Source: a virus. Taken from it: DNA of 64,000 nt. Shown piece by piece: positions 1-10,474 of this stretch (positions within the stretch are counted from its first letter, which is position 1; the number at the start of each line of letters is the position of its first letter). The notes under the pieces were generated by a model that was given only the letters and a program-made list of their open reading frames with translations, was not told the DNA's origin and ran no database searches. The translations under genes and the position numbers were made by a program. The stretch lies in IMG/VR virus record IMGVR_UViG_3300042894_003945, positions 1 through 64,000 of that record; one strand, 5' to 3'.

Positions 1-46
1 AATAAATCTAATTCATTAAAGAAAGTAAAACAGTCATATACTTTTA

Positions 47-679
47 TCATAACTTGAATTTAAGTCCAGTATTCTTTTCTATGAACTCCAAAGATACTTC
101 TCTAGATTTAATTCCCAAAGAAGAAGTTTTTTCATTTTTAAAATGGTAGGCTTTATATTCTTTTGTCTTTACAATATAGATCACTTTCCAACAATCCGTA
201 GGCACTGACATGTCTCCTAGCCTTTTTAATTCTCCCCAAGATCCTGCCCATACTTTGATCGAATCTTTCTCCATAGACATCTTTCTTGTTTCCTCTTCTA
301 AGTCTTTCCAATCTCCTCTGTTAACATTTGGATGTTGTGGGGTCATGTTAGAAAAGAAAAAGGATTCTCTCATAGCTGTAGAGTCACAGGCAGCGTCTGC
401 TGCCGCATAGTTATGTCCTCTATCGTATCCAGATCCTACGTAAAGCTTGTCTATGTTAGTATGCTTATAGAGTTTAGGGTCTGGTATAAACCTGTTAGTT
501 CTTGGATACTTTTTAGTGCATGCTAGTTTTTGTTGAGTCAACCACCAAGTTACAACTTTTGGATACTTTAAAACGGTATCGAATTCAGTTTGGTATTCTT
601 TATTAATTATTAAAACAGTGTTTTGAGATTGTGAAGATAGTGCTAAAAATACTAATACAAATGTTAATAATTGTTTCAT
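47..679 (-). CDS. DNA/RNA non-specific endonuclease (NucA/EndoG family) with signal peptide
   Basis: DRGH motif (YDRGHNYAAAD), NMTPQ..NRG.W motif, N-terminal MKQLLTFVLVFLALSSQS signal peptide. Confidence 0.9.
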   Translation of the reverse strand: MKQLLTFVLVFLALSSQSQNTVLIINKEYQTEFDTVLKYPKVVTWWLTQQKLACTKKYPRTNRFIPDPKLYKHTNIDKLYVGSGYDRGHNYAAADAACDSTAMRESFFFSNMTPQHPNVNRGDWKDLEEETRKMSMEKDSIKVWAGSWGELKRLGDMSVPTDCWKVIYIVKTKEYKAYHFKNEKTSSLGIKSREVSLEFIEKNTGLKFKL

Positions 680-1404
680 CGGTCTATTCTATAGTGTGTA
701 AATAATCCTTCTCCATGCGCAACCGTGAAATTTTGTTCTTGCCACCATCCGTCTATCTTTCCCTCCAAATCAACTCCTTGCCCAGCGAAAGGTGCTATGT
801 TCTTTAAATAAAATTCTTTTTTATATAGACAAGGATTGTTTGTTTGGTTTGCATATTTGGAATCCGCATAGTACAATCCTGTATCAATGTCTTTATATAT
901 ATATTCAGGAAAGTCTAAATCTGGATTCTCTCTCCAATGAACGCACTCAAAAAGATGTTTGGGACTATCCATTTCGCGATTTGCGAATTGCAAAGTGTAT
1001 AAAGGATCTCCAAATTTAGACCTACTTCTAAACTTAACTACGTCTGCTACACCTCTATCTATTACTGACATCCCCTTATATATCTGCTCCTTGATTATAG
1101 GAAAGAACTCTGGTAGAATAATCCAATCATTTTCTAATAAAAGAATATTATCAGTTTCTGCATTTTCCGCTAGAGTTGAAAGTCCTTTGCCTATTCCAAC
1201 ATTAGTAGGAGTCATTATAATATTTATACCATACTCCGATGCTATTTTGTAATCTATGTCACTTGCTTCCTGTGCAAACAAACACACATCGTTTACTATC
1301 TCTATTAGTCCAGACCTTTTGTAGGACTCTAAAGTATTTACTAAAGTACCATAAGATCTCCAAGTTAATATTCCTACAGATAAATTAAATAGCGACATTG
1401 TCAT
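676..1404 (-). CDS. Glycosyltransferase, GT-A/GT2-like
   Basis: N-terminal SVGILTW strand, NVGIGKG motif, ILLLENDW (DxD-like). Confidence 0.7.
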   Translation of the reverse strand: MTMSLFNLSVGILTWRSYGTLVNTLESYKRSGLIEIVNDVCLFAQEASDIDYKIASEYGINIIMTPTNVGIGKGLSTLAENAETDNILLLENDWIILPEFFPIIKEQIYKGMSVIDRGVADVVKFRSRSKFGDPLYTLQFANREMDSPKHLFECVHWRENPDLDFPEYIYKDIDTGLYYADSKYANQTNNPCLYKKEFYLKNIAPFAGQGVDLEGKIDGWWQEQNFTVAHGEGLFTHYRIDR

Positions 1405-1984
1405 ATAGTTTTAAGAACTGCTGTTCCGTTATTACAGATAGTATTTCATTCCTTTTCTCTTCGTATAGACTCCAAGTTATTTCTTCTAGTTCTAACTTAT
1501 CTATTAACTTTTGAGTACCTCTTTGAATTATTCCACAACCCCAATCATGATCCACAACTTTTATATCCAGATCATCTCTTCTTCCTTTAAGGTACACTAT
1601 AGCTTTCCAAACATCTCCAGTCCACTCCCCTCCATGATCTTCTTTAACTTGATTATTAAAGGTTTCAGGTAGACAATCATGTACTACTATAGTCCCTCCT
1701 TCATTCAAATGTTTTAAAGAGTTTTCTATATCTTTAACTACCTGATCACTATGATGAAGACCGTCTATGAATACTATATCAAATTTAACATCCTCAGATA
1801 TAGAATTGAAATACTTATCGGAAGTTCCTACAAAATCACACTTACCTCTAGGAAAAGGATCTACAGCAAATTTATGTTCTACATTAATCCTAGCACAGTT
1901 TGAGTTATAGTCTTGAACTCCTATCTCTAAATAACTTTTGTACTTATTTCTATCAACTAAATAGTTTATTATGTCCCACCTCAT
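1385..1984 (-). CDS. Class I SAM-dependent methyltransferase (Methyltransf_24-like)
   Basis: YLEIGV, FDIVFIDGLH, GGTIVVHDC motifs. Confidence 0.88.
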   Translation of the reverse strand: MRWDIINYLVDRNKYKSYLEIGVQDYNSNCARINVEHKFAVDPFPRGKCDFVGTSDKYFNSISEDVKFDIVFIDGLHHSDQVVKDIENSLKHLNEGGTIVVHDCLPETFNNQVKEDHGGEWTGDVWKAIVYLKGRRDDLDIKVVDHDWGCGIIQRGTQKLIDKLELEEITWSLYEEKRNEILSVITEQQFLKLYDNVAI

Positions 1985-1985
1985 A

Positions 1986-2594
1986 CTAAAACTTTAATCT
2001 TTCAAAATCGAATACTCTAGTTAAATCTAGAAGCTCTTTTCTGTTTTTATTAAAAACTTCCCAGCTAAGCTCAGCTTCTTCATACAATTCTGGATTGCTT
2101 ACTTCCTTCACTTTATTATCTTTTACAATGACTCCACAACCACAATCTGTATCAATAGTAAAGCAAGTATGCAAACCTTTTTTTCTAAATCTTAAAACTG
2201 ATTTGTAAACATCACCATTCCATATGCCAGATACTCTAGGGATTAAAGTATATAACTCTTCTTCAGGACTGCAATCATGAAGAACTATAACTCCATTATC
2301 AACTAGATGATTTAGGGAGTTCTCTATGTCTATATCAACTTGTTCACTATGGTGAAGTCCATCTATGAATATTACATCATACTTAAAGTCTTTATCTAAA
2401 GACTCAAAGAATTCATTTGATGTCATCCTATGAGTAACCTCTGGGGCTACATGTCCTTCTGATCCTGGGTCTACTCCATCTTTGTGTTCTACCTTTATCT
2501 CTCTTATACATTGGCCTGTATAGACTCCTATCTCTAAATACTTTTTAGCTCCTCTATCTTTTATTATCTTATTTATTATTTCGTATCTTCTCAT
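1986..2594 (-). CDS. Class I SAM-dependent methyltransferase (Methyltransf_24-like), paralogue of adjacent gene
   Basis: YLEIGV, YDVIFIDGLH, NGVIVLHDC motifs; W.GDV.K shared with 1385..1984. Confidence 0.88.
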   Translation of the reverse strand: MRRYEIINKIIKDRGAKKYLEIGVYTGQCIREIKVEHKDGVDPGSEGHVAPEVTHRMTSNEFFESLDKDFKYDVIFIDGLHHSEQVDIDIENSLNHLVDNGVIVLHDCSPEEELYTLIPRVSGIWNGDVYKSVLRFRKKGLHTCFTIDTDCGCGVIVKDNKVKEVSNPELYEEAELSWEVFNKNRKELLDLTRVFDFERLKF

Positions 2595-3253
2595 TGTATT
2601 TTATATTTTGAGTTGTACAATTCTACGTCTCTATTTTTTATAGTATCAAATGCTTTATCATCAGAAGTAGCACTCATCTTAGTTTTTATAGGAGACCCCA
2701 TGAGAGCGTTCATCTTTCCAGATTTAGCTATATTATGAAATAAATAGTCATCTCCACACCAAATCAACAGGTCTTCTGGTATTTTCACATAGTCTGCTTT
2801 CTTCATAGCCATGAATATTCCAAATCCCCAAGGACGAATCCTAGCTCCAAGTATTTCAAAAGAAGGTGTAGCAAACCTTGTAGGATTATTTACTTCTTCT
2901 ATCATAGGGTGACAGGCTCCTAAAATTCCTATTTTTTCAAAATCTACTTGACATACCCCTGTAAAAAGTTTATCTGATATTACTATATCATCATTTAAAA
3001 TGGCTATGTAATCTTGAGAAGATAGACTAACTCCTAAATTCCAAGAAGGATTAACATATAAGTTTCTTCCCTTTGCTACAATTATAAGTTTGTTATTAAG
3101 AGGAATTATTGGAAGTTTATATGATAGCTCACAGTTATTTATCAATATAACTTCGTGTACTGCAGGATCCGAATATAAAGTTTCTAAAAGTTGACTGAGT
3201 ATGTCAACTCTTCTAAACATTGTTGGGATTATTATAGAGAACTTTCTTTCCAC
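2591..3253 (-). CDS. Glycosyltransferase family 2
   Basis: FSIIIPT start, EVILINN, YIAILNDD, WCGDD motifs. Confidence 0.85.
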   Translation of the reverse strand: MERKFSIIIPTMFRRVDILSQLLETLYSDPAVHEVILINNCELSYKLPIIPLNNKLIIVAKGRNLYVNPSWNLGVSLSSQDYIAILNDDIVISDKLFTGVCQVDFEKIGILGACHPMIEEVNNPTRFATPSFEILGARIRPWGFGIFMAMKKADYVKIPEDLLIWCGDDYLFHNIAKSGKMNALMGSPIKTKMSATSDDKAFDTIKNRDVELYNSKYKIQ

Positions 3254-4200
3254 TTCAAATAATTTTTATATATAACATCAACTCTTTTGATCTGGGTGTG
3301 TCCATTTATAACTTTGTTGTACCCATTGTTTGCAATCACTTGGGCTTCTTTTTTACCCTCTTCACTAATATAGTAATTCAATTTAGAAATACATTCTGCC
3401 ACATCACTATAATATACTATATCTTCGTTTTCAACAAACAAAGAATTTATATTAGTGTGTTCAGGCAGTCTATCAGTTATAACTAATTTACCGCAAGCCA
3501 TACCTTCAAATACTCTTCTAGTAATTTCTTGCCATCTACTATGTTGAAAAACTACCACTCCACTGTTTAAGAAATCTCCATACTCCTGTCCTGATAAACC
3601 GTTTCTATTAATAAACTTATCCGGCATTACCTGAGATAGATGGTCCATTAGATGGGATCCTCCAGGTCCTCTGGTAGATCTTACAGGAGGGAGGTCATCA
3701 AAAGGAGTGTACCCACTGTACGGATTATGAATATTAGTATCAGCAAAGTGTGGCCACCATAAAGTATGGTATCCTTTATCTTTATATTTTAAATAAGAAT
3801 CATGAGCAGGGGTAAGAACTAAATCAAACTTATGAGCTTTGATTGAGTTTCTTTCAAAATTTTGAGGATCATCTCCAGATTCCATGACCCAGTACGCATT
3901 TGGAATATGCTTTTTATCTAACAAAGGAGAATCAAATCTTCCCCAATCCATATACATAACTATGTCAGGACGAAACTGACCAGAGTTATTATGTTCTATT
4001 AACAGAGATATTCCTGAGTCTACATAATTGTCATATATATCAAATAAAGAATATATAGATGTGTTACAACCCAGTCTTTTAAATTCATTAACAACGGATA
4101 AAGGAGTGGACCATACATCAGTTTCTCTGTGCGCAAATATAAATGCTACGTTACATTGTGAAAACGGCTTCATAAGTTGATCGATATTGTTCGTAATCAA
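3232..4200 (-). CDS. Glycosyltransferase GT-B (CgeB/Glyco_trans_1_2-like); true start may be ATG at 4173
   Basis: C-terminal RRVFEGMACGKLVITD..LF.E.EDIVYY..GYNKV..HT...R motif. Confidence 0.8.
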   Translation of the reverse strand: MITNNIDQLMKPFSQCNVAFIFAHRETDVWSTPLSVVNEFKRLGCNTSIYSLFDIYDNYVDSGISLLIEHNNSGQFRPDIVMYMDWGRFDSPLLDKKHIPNAYWVMESGDDPQNFERNSIKAHKFDLVLTPAHDSYLKYKDKGYHTLWWPHFADTNIHNPYSGYTPFDDLPPVRSTRGPGGSHLMDHLSQVMPDKFINRNGLSGQEYGDFLNSGVVVFQHSRWQEITRRVFEGMACGKLVITDRLPEHTNINSLFVENEDIVYYSDVAECISKLNYYISEEGKKEAQVIANNGYNKVINGHTQIKRVDVIYKNYLKWKESSL

Positions 4201-4786
4201 ATCTTTTATACCCTAAACTAAAAAGATATTCCATCATTTCTTTTTCTTTTTCCCACAATGGATTTCCTTCCACTACCCCTATTTCAACTACTATCTTTCT
4301 TGGCAGATGAGTTTTAAATAAATCCTTACACCCTTCTACGAAAAGGTACTCAGAGTTTTCAACATCTACTTTTATACAATCAGGTAGAGGCAAGTCAGCA
4401 GATTGTATAAACTGAGACAATGGAACACCTTTTATATCTTCAAAGTTACCATATTCTCTTATCTCTGACAAAGTATTATACCCTAAATTATGCCCATCTT
4501 TTGATATTTTAAGATGTCTATTAGAGTCTATTAGAGCACAGTTATATATTGCTATGCTTTGATAATCTTTGTATTTATTAACTAAGTAATTATAATAATC
4601 TAATATAGGTTCAAACAATACTACTGTTACATTATTATATTTTTTTAATATGATATCTGTAAAAACTCCTACATTAGCTCCTACGTCATAAATAACCTCC
4701 CCAGGTTTTATATCATTAAAATGTTGATCTACCAAATTAGAAACATCCTGATATAAAACTCCCTCCCAACCATTATAATCAGACAT
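4151..4786 (-). CDS. FkbM-family methyltransferase
   Basis: YDVGANVG, FEP, IKVDVE motifs. Confidence 0.9.
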   Translation of the reverse strand: MSDYNGWEGVLYQDVSNLVDQHFNDIKPGEVIYDVGANVGVFTDIILKKYNNVTVVLFEPILDYYNYLVNKYKDYQSIAIYNCALIDSNRHLKISKDGHNLGYNTLSEIREYGNFEDIKGVPLSQFIQSADLPLPDCIKVDVENSEYLFVEGCKDLFKTHLPRKIVVEIGVVEGNPLWEKEKEMMEYLFSLGYKRFDYEQYRSTYEAVFTM

Positions 4787-5693
4787 CCAAGAAACTTTTA
4801 AATTTTTTCATTACTACTTCAGGACTAAAATTACTTACTAGATCTTTTACTTTATAATCCTTTTTTTCTATAGATCCTAGTATACTATACAGTTCATTAG
4901 GAGATGCATAGTAAAATCCTTTATCTTTTAAGACATGGATATGGTTCCTATCCCTACAATTTATGTTAGTCACAACAGGTTTATTCTGATGCAAGAACTC
5001 TGCTATAGCAAGCCCAAAAGATTCACCTTCAGATCTCCCATGAATCATGGCATCGCAAGTATTTACAAAAGCAGTTTTAGTTGGAAGATCTGCTACTGGA
5101 TTAAGATATAGTATTCTGGGATGCTGCCTAGTAAGAGGTTTTGTATTCATAAGTAAAAACCACCTACCTGCTTCGGCCATAGCAAATAGTACATCAGACA
5201 AGTAAGGTATGTCAAATTGATCCGCCCCTCCGTATCTTCCAAAAACAATATCTCCTTCTGGTATATTTAATTGCCCTCTAAAGTTTTCTGTTACTGTAGG
5301 TAGACTTACTATATGAGGTAGATAGTCTACATTAAATTTATTACCTAACCATTCACTAACAGCCACATACACATCTCCATGTTTATCAGAAGCGTTAAAT
5401 ACAGCGTGTACTATATTCCTAGCCTTATTAAAAAGCAAACCATCATACTGACCTGCTTTTATGAAATAAGCAGCATCTAACTCTGTATCTGCTATATCAG
5501 AAAAAGAATTGTATAGTACTAGTCTGTCTTTAAATCTTTCTTTAAATTTATCGAAAGATGACATGTCAGAATTAGCAGGAGCGAATACATAAGAAACGTT
5601 CCCTAATACAGTTTCGTTATAGTGAGCGTAGTCGTATAACGCAACTTCTGTACCTCTTAATCCTAATTGATTTGAATGGAATCCTACTATCAT
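4779..5693 (-). CDS. Glycosyltransferase GT-B (GT4-like)
   Basis: RGTEVALYDYA N-terminus, CDAMIHGRSEGESFGLAIAE donor-binding motif. Confidence 0.85.
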   Translation of the reverse strand: MIVGFHSNQLGLRGTEVALYDYAHYNETVLGNVSYVFAPANSDMSSFDKFKERFKDRLVLYNSFSDIADTELDAAYFIKAGQYDGLLFNKARNIVHAVFNASDKHGDVYVAVSEWLGNKFNVDYLPHIVSLPTVTENFRGQLNIPEGDIVFGRYGGADQFDIPYLSDVLFAMAEAGRWFLLMNTKPLTRQHPRILYLNPVADLPTKTAFVNTCDAMIHGRSEGESFGLAIAEFLHQNKPVVTNINCRDRNHIHVLKDKGFYYASPNELYSILGSIEKKDYKVKDLVSNFSPEVVMKKFKSFLDV

Positions 5694-6313
5694 AACTTTT
5701 CATAGAAGTCGTTTTGTGACTCCTGTCTTTTTATATCTTTAATGTGAAGAAGGCAATAGTCTTCTGTTTCAAAAGGAAGTAGAGTGTGAGTAGAGTGACC
5801 TACTAATCTTTCGTGTACTTTATTCTCCCATTTAATCTCTTCTTTATTTACAACTATTCTAGTTTGTGGATCTGGGTAATTAACAAATCCTTTTTCGTTT
5901 ACGTTCCAGTTCCATCTTTGAACATGCTGTTCTGTTAATCCCTGAACTATATTAATTCTAGGAACCATAAACATTTCAATGCTAGGATTATTGTATAGAA
6001 TCTCTTTTAAAGTTATTAAAAGATTCTCATGTACATTCTCGTCTGCGTCTATAAAAAAAATATAATCTTTAGTGCATTTAGATTTAGCAAAATTTTTATG
6101 TGATGCAAAATCATTATCTAGTAAATTGAAATATAAACTAACTCTATCTCTATACTCCTCCAATATGGTCACTGTAGATTCTTCTGTAGAAAAGTCATCC
6201 ACTATTACAATCTCGTCTTCCGGCTGTAGATTCTTTAATAATCTATCTAGAAGAGGTCTTATATACGCTTGACCTTCGTTGTGAGTGGTTATACAATATG
6301 ATATTGATACCAT
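5690..6313 (-). CDS. Glycosyltransferase family 2 (beta-1,4-glucosyltransferase-like)
   Basis: ISYCITTHNE, IVIVDDFS, IFFIDADE, YPD.Q.R, VHE motifs. Confidence 0.9.
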   Translation of the reverse strand: MVSISYCITTHNEGQAYIRPLLDRLLKNLQPEDEIVIVDDFSTEESTVTILEEYRDRVSLYFNLLDNDFASHKNFAKSKCTKDYIFFIDADENVHENLLITLKEILYNNPSIEMFMVPRINIVQGLTEQHVQRWNWNVNEKGFVNYPDPQTRIVVNKEEIKWENKVHERLVGHSTHTLLPFETEDYCLLHIKDIKRQESQNDFYEKL

Positions 6314-6317
6314 AATA

Positions 6318-7070
6318 CTAAATTAAATTATATAAAAAATTCAACTCTCCTGTTAAACATTCTTTTATTTTTTCGTGATTTTTATTATCACTATGAATAA
6401 CAATACAATCTTCACAAGGAAGATTTTGATCTAATCTAGGTCTGTATATTTCATATCCCATATTCTTTAACAAAGAAACAACTAGCTCATCATTTACCAT
6501 CCCCACGTAATTCTCTAGCATCATCCAAGGTTTGTTTCTTTTTATTGTTTTTACCATACCGTTTATAGCGTGTATCTCAAAACCTTGAATATCCATTTTT
6601 ATAACATCTACATCTAAGTCCAAAGAATCAAAAGGCACTACAGTAACTACTTCTCCATCCGTCCCTTCTACTAAGCCTCTGGCTCCAAAATTATCTACAC
6701 CGTCTGGTTCTTTAAACTTATCGAGACTCTCCATTTTCATTTCACAATATTTATCTCCCAGCCCTAAATTTAAACATTCAACTTTATGTTCTACTTTGTG
6801 AAGAGATGTGTTTAATTTAAGAATCTCACACAATAAAAATTGAGGTTCAAAAGCGTATACTTTATTACCATACCTAGCCATGTTTACTGTGTGAAAGCCT
6901 ATATTAGCCCCAGCATCTAATATAACATCAGTATGTTTTATAAACTTAGAATATATGTGATAAAAAGTTATTTCCCAAAATCCTTTATCTTTTATACTCC
7001 TACCTATCAAATCTTCTAGTATAACAACATAAGATCCAAATCCTTTATTTTCGGTTTGTACTAAAGTCAT
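6318..7070 (-). CDS. FkbM-family methyltransferase
   Basis: LDAGANIG, YAFEPQ, IKMDIQGFE motifs. Confidence 0.9.
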   Translation of the reverse strand: MTLVQTENKGFGSYVVILEDLIGRSIKDKGFWEITFYHIYSKFIKHTDVILDAGANIGFHTVNMARYGNKVYAFEPQFLLCEILKLNTSLHKVEHKVECLNLGLGDKYCEMKMESLDKFKEPDGVDNFGARGLVEGTDGEVVTVVPFDSLDLDVDVIKMDIQGFEIHAINGMVKTIKRNKPWMMLENYVGMVNDELVVSLLKNMGYEIYRPRLDQNLPCEDCIVIHSDNKNHEKIKECLTGELNFLYNLI

Positions 7071-7513
7071 TATAAAAATCCAGCGGCTTCTAAAGCTTGT
7101 GAAAAATACTCTTTATCAAAATGTAAAACCTTTTTCATATCTGTCTTATACTTGTGATATGATCCGTCAGGTTTTTTAAATCTTTCTTTTTCCTCCTCGG
7201 TAACTTCTACATGTGGAGCAAACGCCCATTTCCAATCATGTTTAGACGATCCGTCAGGAAATACTATCCCGACTCCTTCTTTAGTTACTGTAGTGGGGAA
7301 CCAAACAAATCCGTCTTTATCTACAAACTTTATGTCCCTAAACAAATTAGGTAAAAGAGATTCGTATGTAACAACTCCTTCAGTATTCTCTAACAGTAAA
7401 GTGTTTGTAGTAAATCCACACTGTAAACAGTCCCAGCTTACTACACCTTCTGCGTGTCTTTCATAGCATAAAGGGCTTCCACATTTTCTACAACTTGTTA
7501 ATTGGTCTTGCAT
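7070..7513 (-). CDS. Zn-ribbon phage protein
   Basis: CRKC...CLQCG at N-terminus; translationally coupled to neighbour. Confidence 0.7.
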   Translation of the reverse strand: MQDQLTSCRKCGSPLCYERHAEGVVSWDCLQCGFTTNTLLLENTEGVVTYESLLPNLFRDIKFVDKDGFVWFPTTVTKEGVGIVFPDGSSKHDWKWAFAPHVEVTEEEKERFKKPDGSYHKYKTDMKKVLHFDKEYFSQALEAAGFL

Positions 7514-7514
7514 A

Positions 7515-7745
7515 TTAATCTAATAATTGTGTATAATTTATGTTTGTTCCCAGAGGGTAACTTGATACACTAGTTGTTCCACTTGTTGTTATTATACCGC
7601 TTGGTCCAATAGGAGCAGTTTCTTTTTTATCAGATACTTTTTCTAGTACTTCTTTTACTCTGTCCCATTGTTTAGGAGTGGCAGTAAGATCGTTACAAGC
7701 CTCCGTAAATCCTTTTAACCACATTACAAATTCTTGAGATGTCAT
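7515..7745 (-). CDS. Hypothetical phage protein
   Basis: ORF in operon with ATGA overlap; F..WL.GF N-terminus typical of small phage proteins. Confidence 0.6.
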   Translation of the reverse strand: MTSQEFVMWLKGFTEACNDLTATPKQWDRVKEVLEKVSDKKETAPIGPSGIITTSGTTSVSSYPLGTNINYTQLLD

Positions 7746-9013
7746 AATGATTTTAATTTTGGCAAATTAATAGGTTGAGCTACACTTATCTTAGGCAGTT
7801 TACTATCAAGTATTTCTTTTAGTCTATCCACCATAGAATCAAAGCTAAATTTTGTTCTTGATATGTGACCCTGTCTTTTACCCATATCAACGTACTTGTT
7901 ATAGTTTTCATATACTTCTTTTAAAGATGCCTCTACTGATTTAGGATCTGCCTTAAACCAACTAGACTCTTTTATTAAGAAAGGATTAGAAGCTGATGGA
8001 TGTATCTGATCTACCTTTCCAGTTACAAATATATTAAATTCTTCGTTTAAAAAATCAATGTGTCCACTAAAAGGTGAACAAATTATAGGTTTACTAGAGG
8101 CAGCAGAAAATTCCAAATAAGGTCTACCAAATCCTTCATTCCCTACTAAAGCAAATGCTTTAACCTTTTCGTGATTATAAAGGTGGTTCATCTCTTCATC
8201 AGTCAACTCTCCGTGAAGGAAGTATATATTTGGCATATCGCCGCCTACCAATCCACGAATAACGTCTATTTGATCTAGGATAACCTCTTCTTCCATTATA
8301 CTAAATCCAGCCATGCCAGTCTTAAGAATTAAAGCAGGCCTCTTTTTCTTGTCTTTAAAAGCTTCTAGAAATGATTTTACAAGAGTGGTTATTTGTTTTC
8401 TATCTTCTCCTAGATCTCCAGTCAACCAATGTCCCACAGTAAGAAAACAAAACTCTTCTTTTATATTAGATAAATCAAAATTAGATTTTTCAATTCTTTT
8501 ATACTTCCTATTATCAACTCCCTCAAACAAAACTTCTATAGGTTTAGAAACTTTTACAATACCTGTTTTTTGTTTTGTATTTTGATCCAACTTCTCAAAT
8601 GAAGTCTGATCAGCTACTTGCTTAACAAATTTAGAAGATACTATACTGAGGTCCATTCTGTTTATTCCTTCGATCAAATCTCCTGGTAATACTGTTGTTT
8701 CTACTAAAGCAGAAACCCCAATGTTAAATTTACCAATAGGTTGGAACTCATTAGCTACAGTTATTTGAAACCAAACATCTGGTTGCTTACTCATCTGAGG
8801 GGTATTCATAATTCTTCCTAACAGATCAGCTTCCTCAGGATCGTTTACATCCAAAGCACCGTAAGGACACTCTCCCCATCTTTGAGATATTATTTGTATA
8901 TCCCACTCTTCTCCTTTTAATTTAACTAAAGCTTTTACGAAATCTCTAGATCTTGCTCCATAACCACTAAACGTATCCACAGGACAGGACACTACGCAAT
9001 AAGGTTTATTCAT
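7742..9013 (-). CDS. Glycosyltransferase GT-B (GT4-like)
   Basis: SGYGARSRD N-terminal loop, EGFGRPYLE motif. Confidence 0.85.
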   Translation of the reverse strand: MNKPYCVVSCPVDTFSGYGARSRDFVKALVKLKGEEWDIQIISQRWGECPYGALDVNDPEEADLLGRIMNTPQMSKQPDVWFQITVANEFQPIGKFNIGVSALVETTVLPGDLIEGINRMDLSIVSSKFVKQVADQTSFEKLDQNTKQKTGIVKVSKPIEVLFEGVDNRKYKRIEKSNFDLSNIKEEFCFLTVGHWLTGDLGEDRKQITTLVKSFLEAFKDKKKRPALILKTGMAGFSIMEEEVILDQIDVIRGLVGGDMPNIYFLHGELTDEEMNHLYNHEKVKAFALVGNEGFGRPYLEFSAASSKPIICSPFSGHIDFLNEEFNIFVTGKVDQIHPSASNPFLIKESSWFKADPKSVEASLKEVYENYNKYVDMGKRQGHISRTKFSFDSMVDRLKEILDSKLPKISVAQPINLPKLKSL

Positions 9014-9018
9014 AACTA

Positions 9019-10458
9019 CTAAATTGATATATAGTTTTTAAGTGTATTTATTTTTTTATCTTCTACTTTTAGTATGTGGAATCTCTTTCTAGGTTTCCAC
9101 TTTTCAAAAGTAAGATTAACAGTTTCTATAAAGGTATCAGACATCTTTCTAGCCGACATCATAGATTCATCTGAGGTTACCCACTCTCTTGCTGAAGCTC
9201 CTCTGCTTGATCTCTCTTCTTTGGACATATCGTAGACTTCTCTGAAAGCTTTAGCAGCGTCTCTAAAGTCAGCTCTATCATCAGAAATATAAGGAGTGGG
9301 AGGAGATCCTTGAATACTTATACCGGCAGGGAAAACAGGTATAGCCCATCTTCCGCATTTTTTATATCTACCTAAATGGTTTGTACAAAAATCTTCAGTA
9401 AACTCAATCCAATTACCTTTCTCATCTTCAAATCTCATTTGATCTTGCATACCGCCTGTAACATTCGCTATAATCATTTTACCGCACATCATGCTCTCTG
9501 TTAAAGATAGTCCCCATCCTTCATTAGAAGATAGTAGTACAGACGCATCACAAGAATTGTATAGCCTGTTCATATATGCAACATCATTTCCTGGATTAGA
9601 GAACACTACTTGCTTGTTCCTATCTCCCATAAACAAATCAACCACTACAGGCAAATTGGTACCGTTATCATCTACTTTGTGTGTATGTAATACCAAACAA
9701 CACTTGTCTGCTTTATCTGCCGGTAATTGGTCTAGGAAGTATCTAAAAGCAAGTATAGTATCAGGTATTGATTTTCTTCTTATGTTTCTACTATTAAACA
9801 AAAGAACAAAGTCATACTCTACACCTCCGAACAAACCTTGTTTGAAATCCATAAGGTTTTGATATTCCTCAGTTCCTTCTTTTATAGGGTAAAAGTTATT
9901 TTCATTTATACCATGTGGAAAGTATTTAACAATTTTATCCTTGGCATACTCTCCTAATACTACTTTATTTAGTATCTCTGTCTGCTTTGAAATTGCTAGT
10001 AAAGTGTCACAAGATCTATAATAGTTTCTATTATACAAAGGTGCTGGTTCGCAATCCCAAATATTAATATACACCATAGGGATTTGTTGCCTGATCTCAT
10101 GTTCTATTTTAAACAACCACTCATAATATCTAGGATCTGTAATAAACACTAAAGCATCTGGCTTTTCTACCTGTATAAGATGCCTTATAAGATCAGGAGT
10201 TCCGTATCCATTAGTGGGGTACAGTATGATAGAAGCGTCTGGAATTCCTGCTACTTCATTTGTAGATTGGGATAGGTCTAGTCTTTTGTTTTTTTCTGGA
10301 TGATCTATAGCTCCTCCTATACAAACGTAATTGAAGGTATGCGCAGTTCCCAAAACTAATTCTCTAGATATTGTGGCTATTCCTGAAAAAAACCTAATAT
10401 CATCTCCTATTAATAGAATTTTTTTTCTATCTTCTCTTTTTATATAACCTGGTTTCAT
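9019..10458 (-). CDS. Glycosyltransferase GT-B (GT4-like)
   Basis: KILLIGDD..SGIA, RNIRRK, SNEGWGLSLTESMMCG motifs. Confidence 0.88.
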   Translation of the reverse strand: MKPGYIKREDRKKILLIGDDIRFFSGIATISRELVLGTAHTFNYVCIGGAIDHPEKNKRLDLSQSTNEVAGIPDASIILYPTNGYGTPDLIRHLIQVEKPDALVFITDPRYYEWLFKIEHEIRQQIPMVYINIWDCEPAPLYNRNYYRSCDTLLAISKQTEILNKVVLGEYAKDKIVKYFPHGINENNFYPIKEGTEEYQNLMDFKQGLFGGVEYDFVLLFNSRNIRRKSIPDTILAFRYFLDQLPADKADKCCLVLHTHKVDDNGTNLPVVVDLFMGDRNKQVVFSNPGNDVAYMNRLYNSCDASVLLSSNEGWGLSLTESMMCGKMIIANVTGGMQDQMRFEDEKGNWIEFTEDFCTNHLGRYKKCGRWAIPVFPAGISIQGSPPTPYISDDRADFRDAAKAFREVYDMSKEERSSRGASAREWVTSDESMMSARKMSDTFIETVNLTFEKWKPRKRFHILKVEDKKINTLKNYISI

Positions 10459-10474
10459 TAAATTTTTTTAAGGG

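Noticed and set aside
676-10458. Host LPS/capsule locus (bacterial chromosome flanking a prophage)
   Set aside because: There are no wzx/wzy/ABC export or sugar synthesis genes. Strand, packing and the promoter motif match the phage genes, and no integrase or att boundary is seen.
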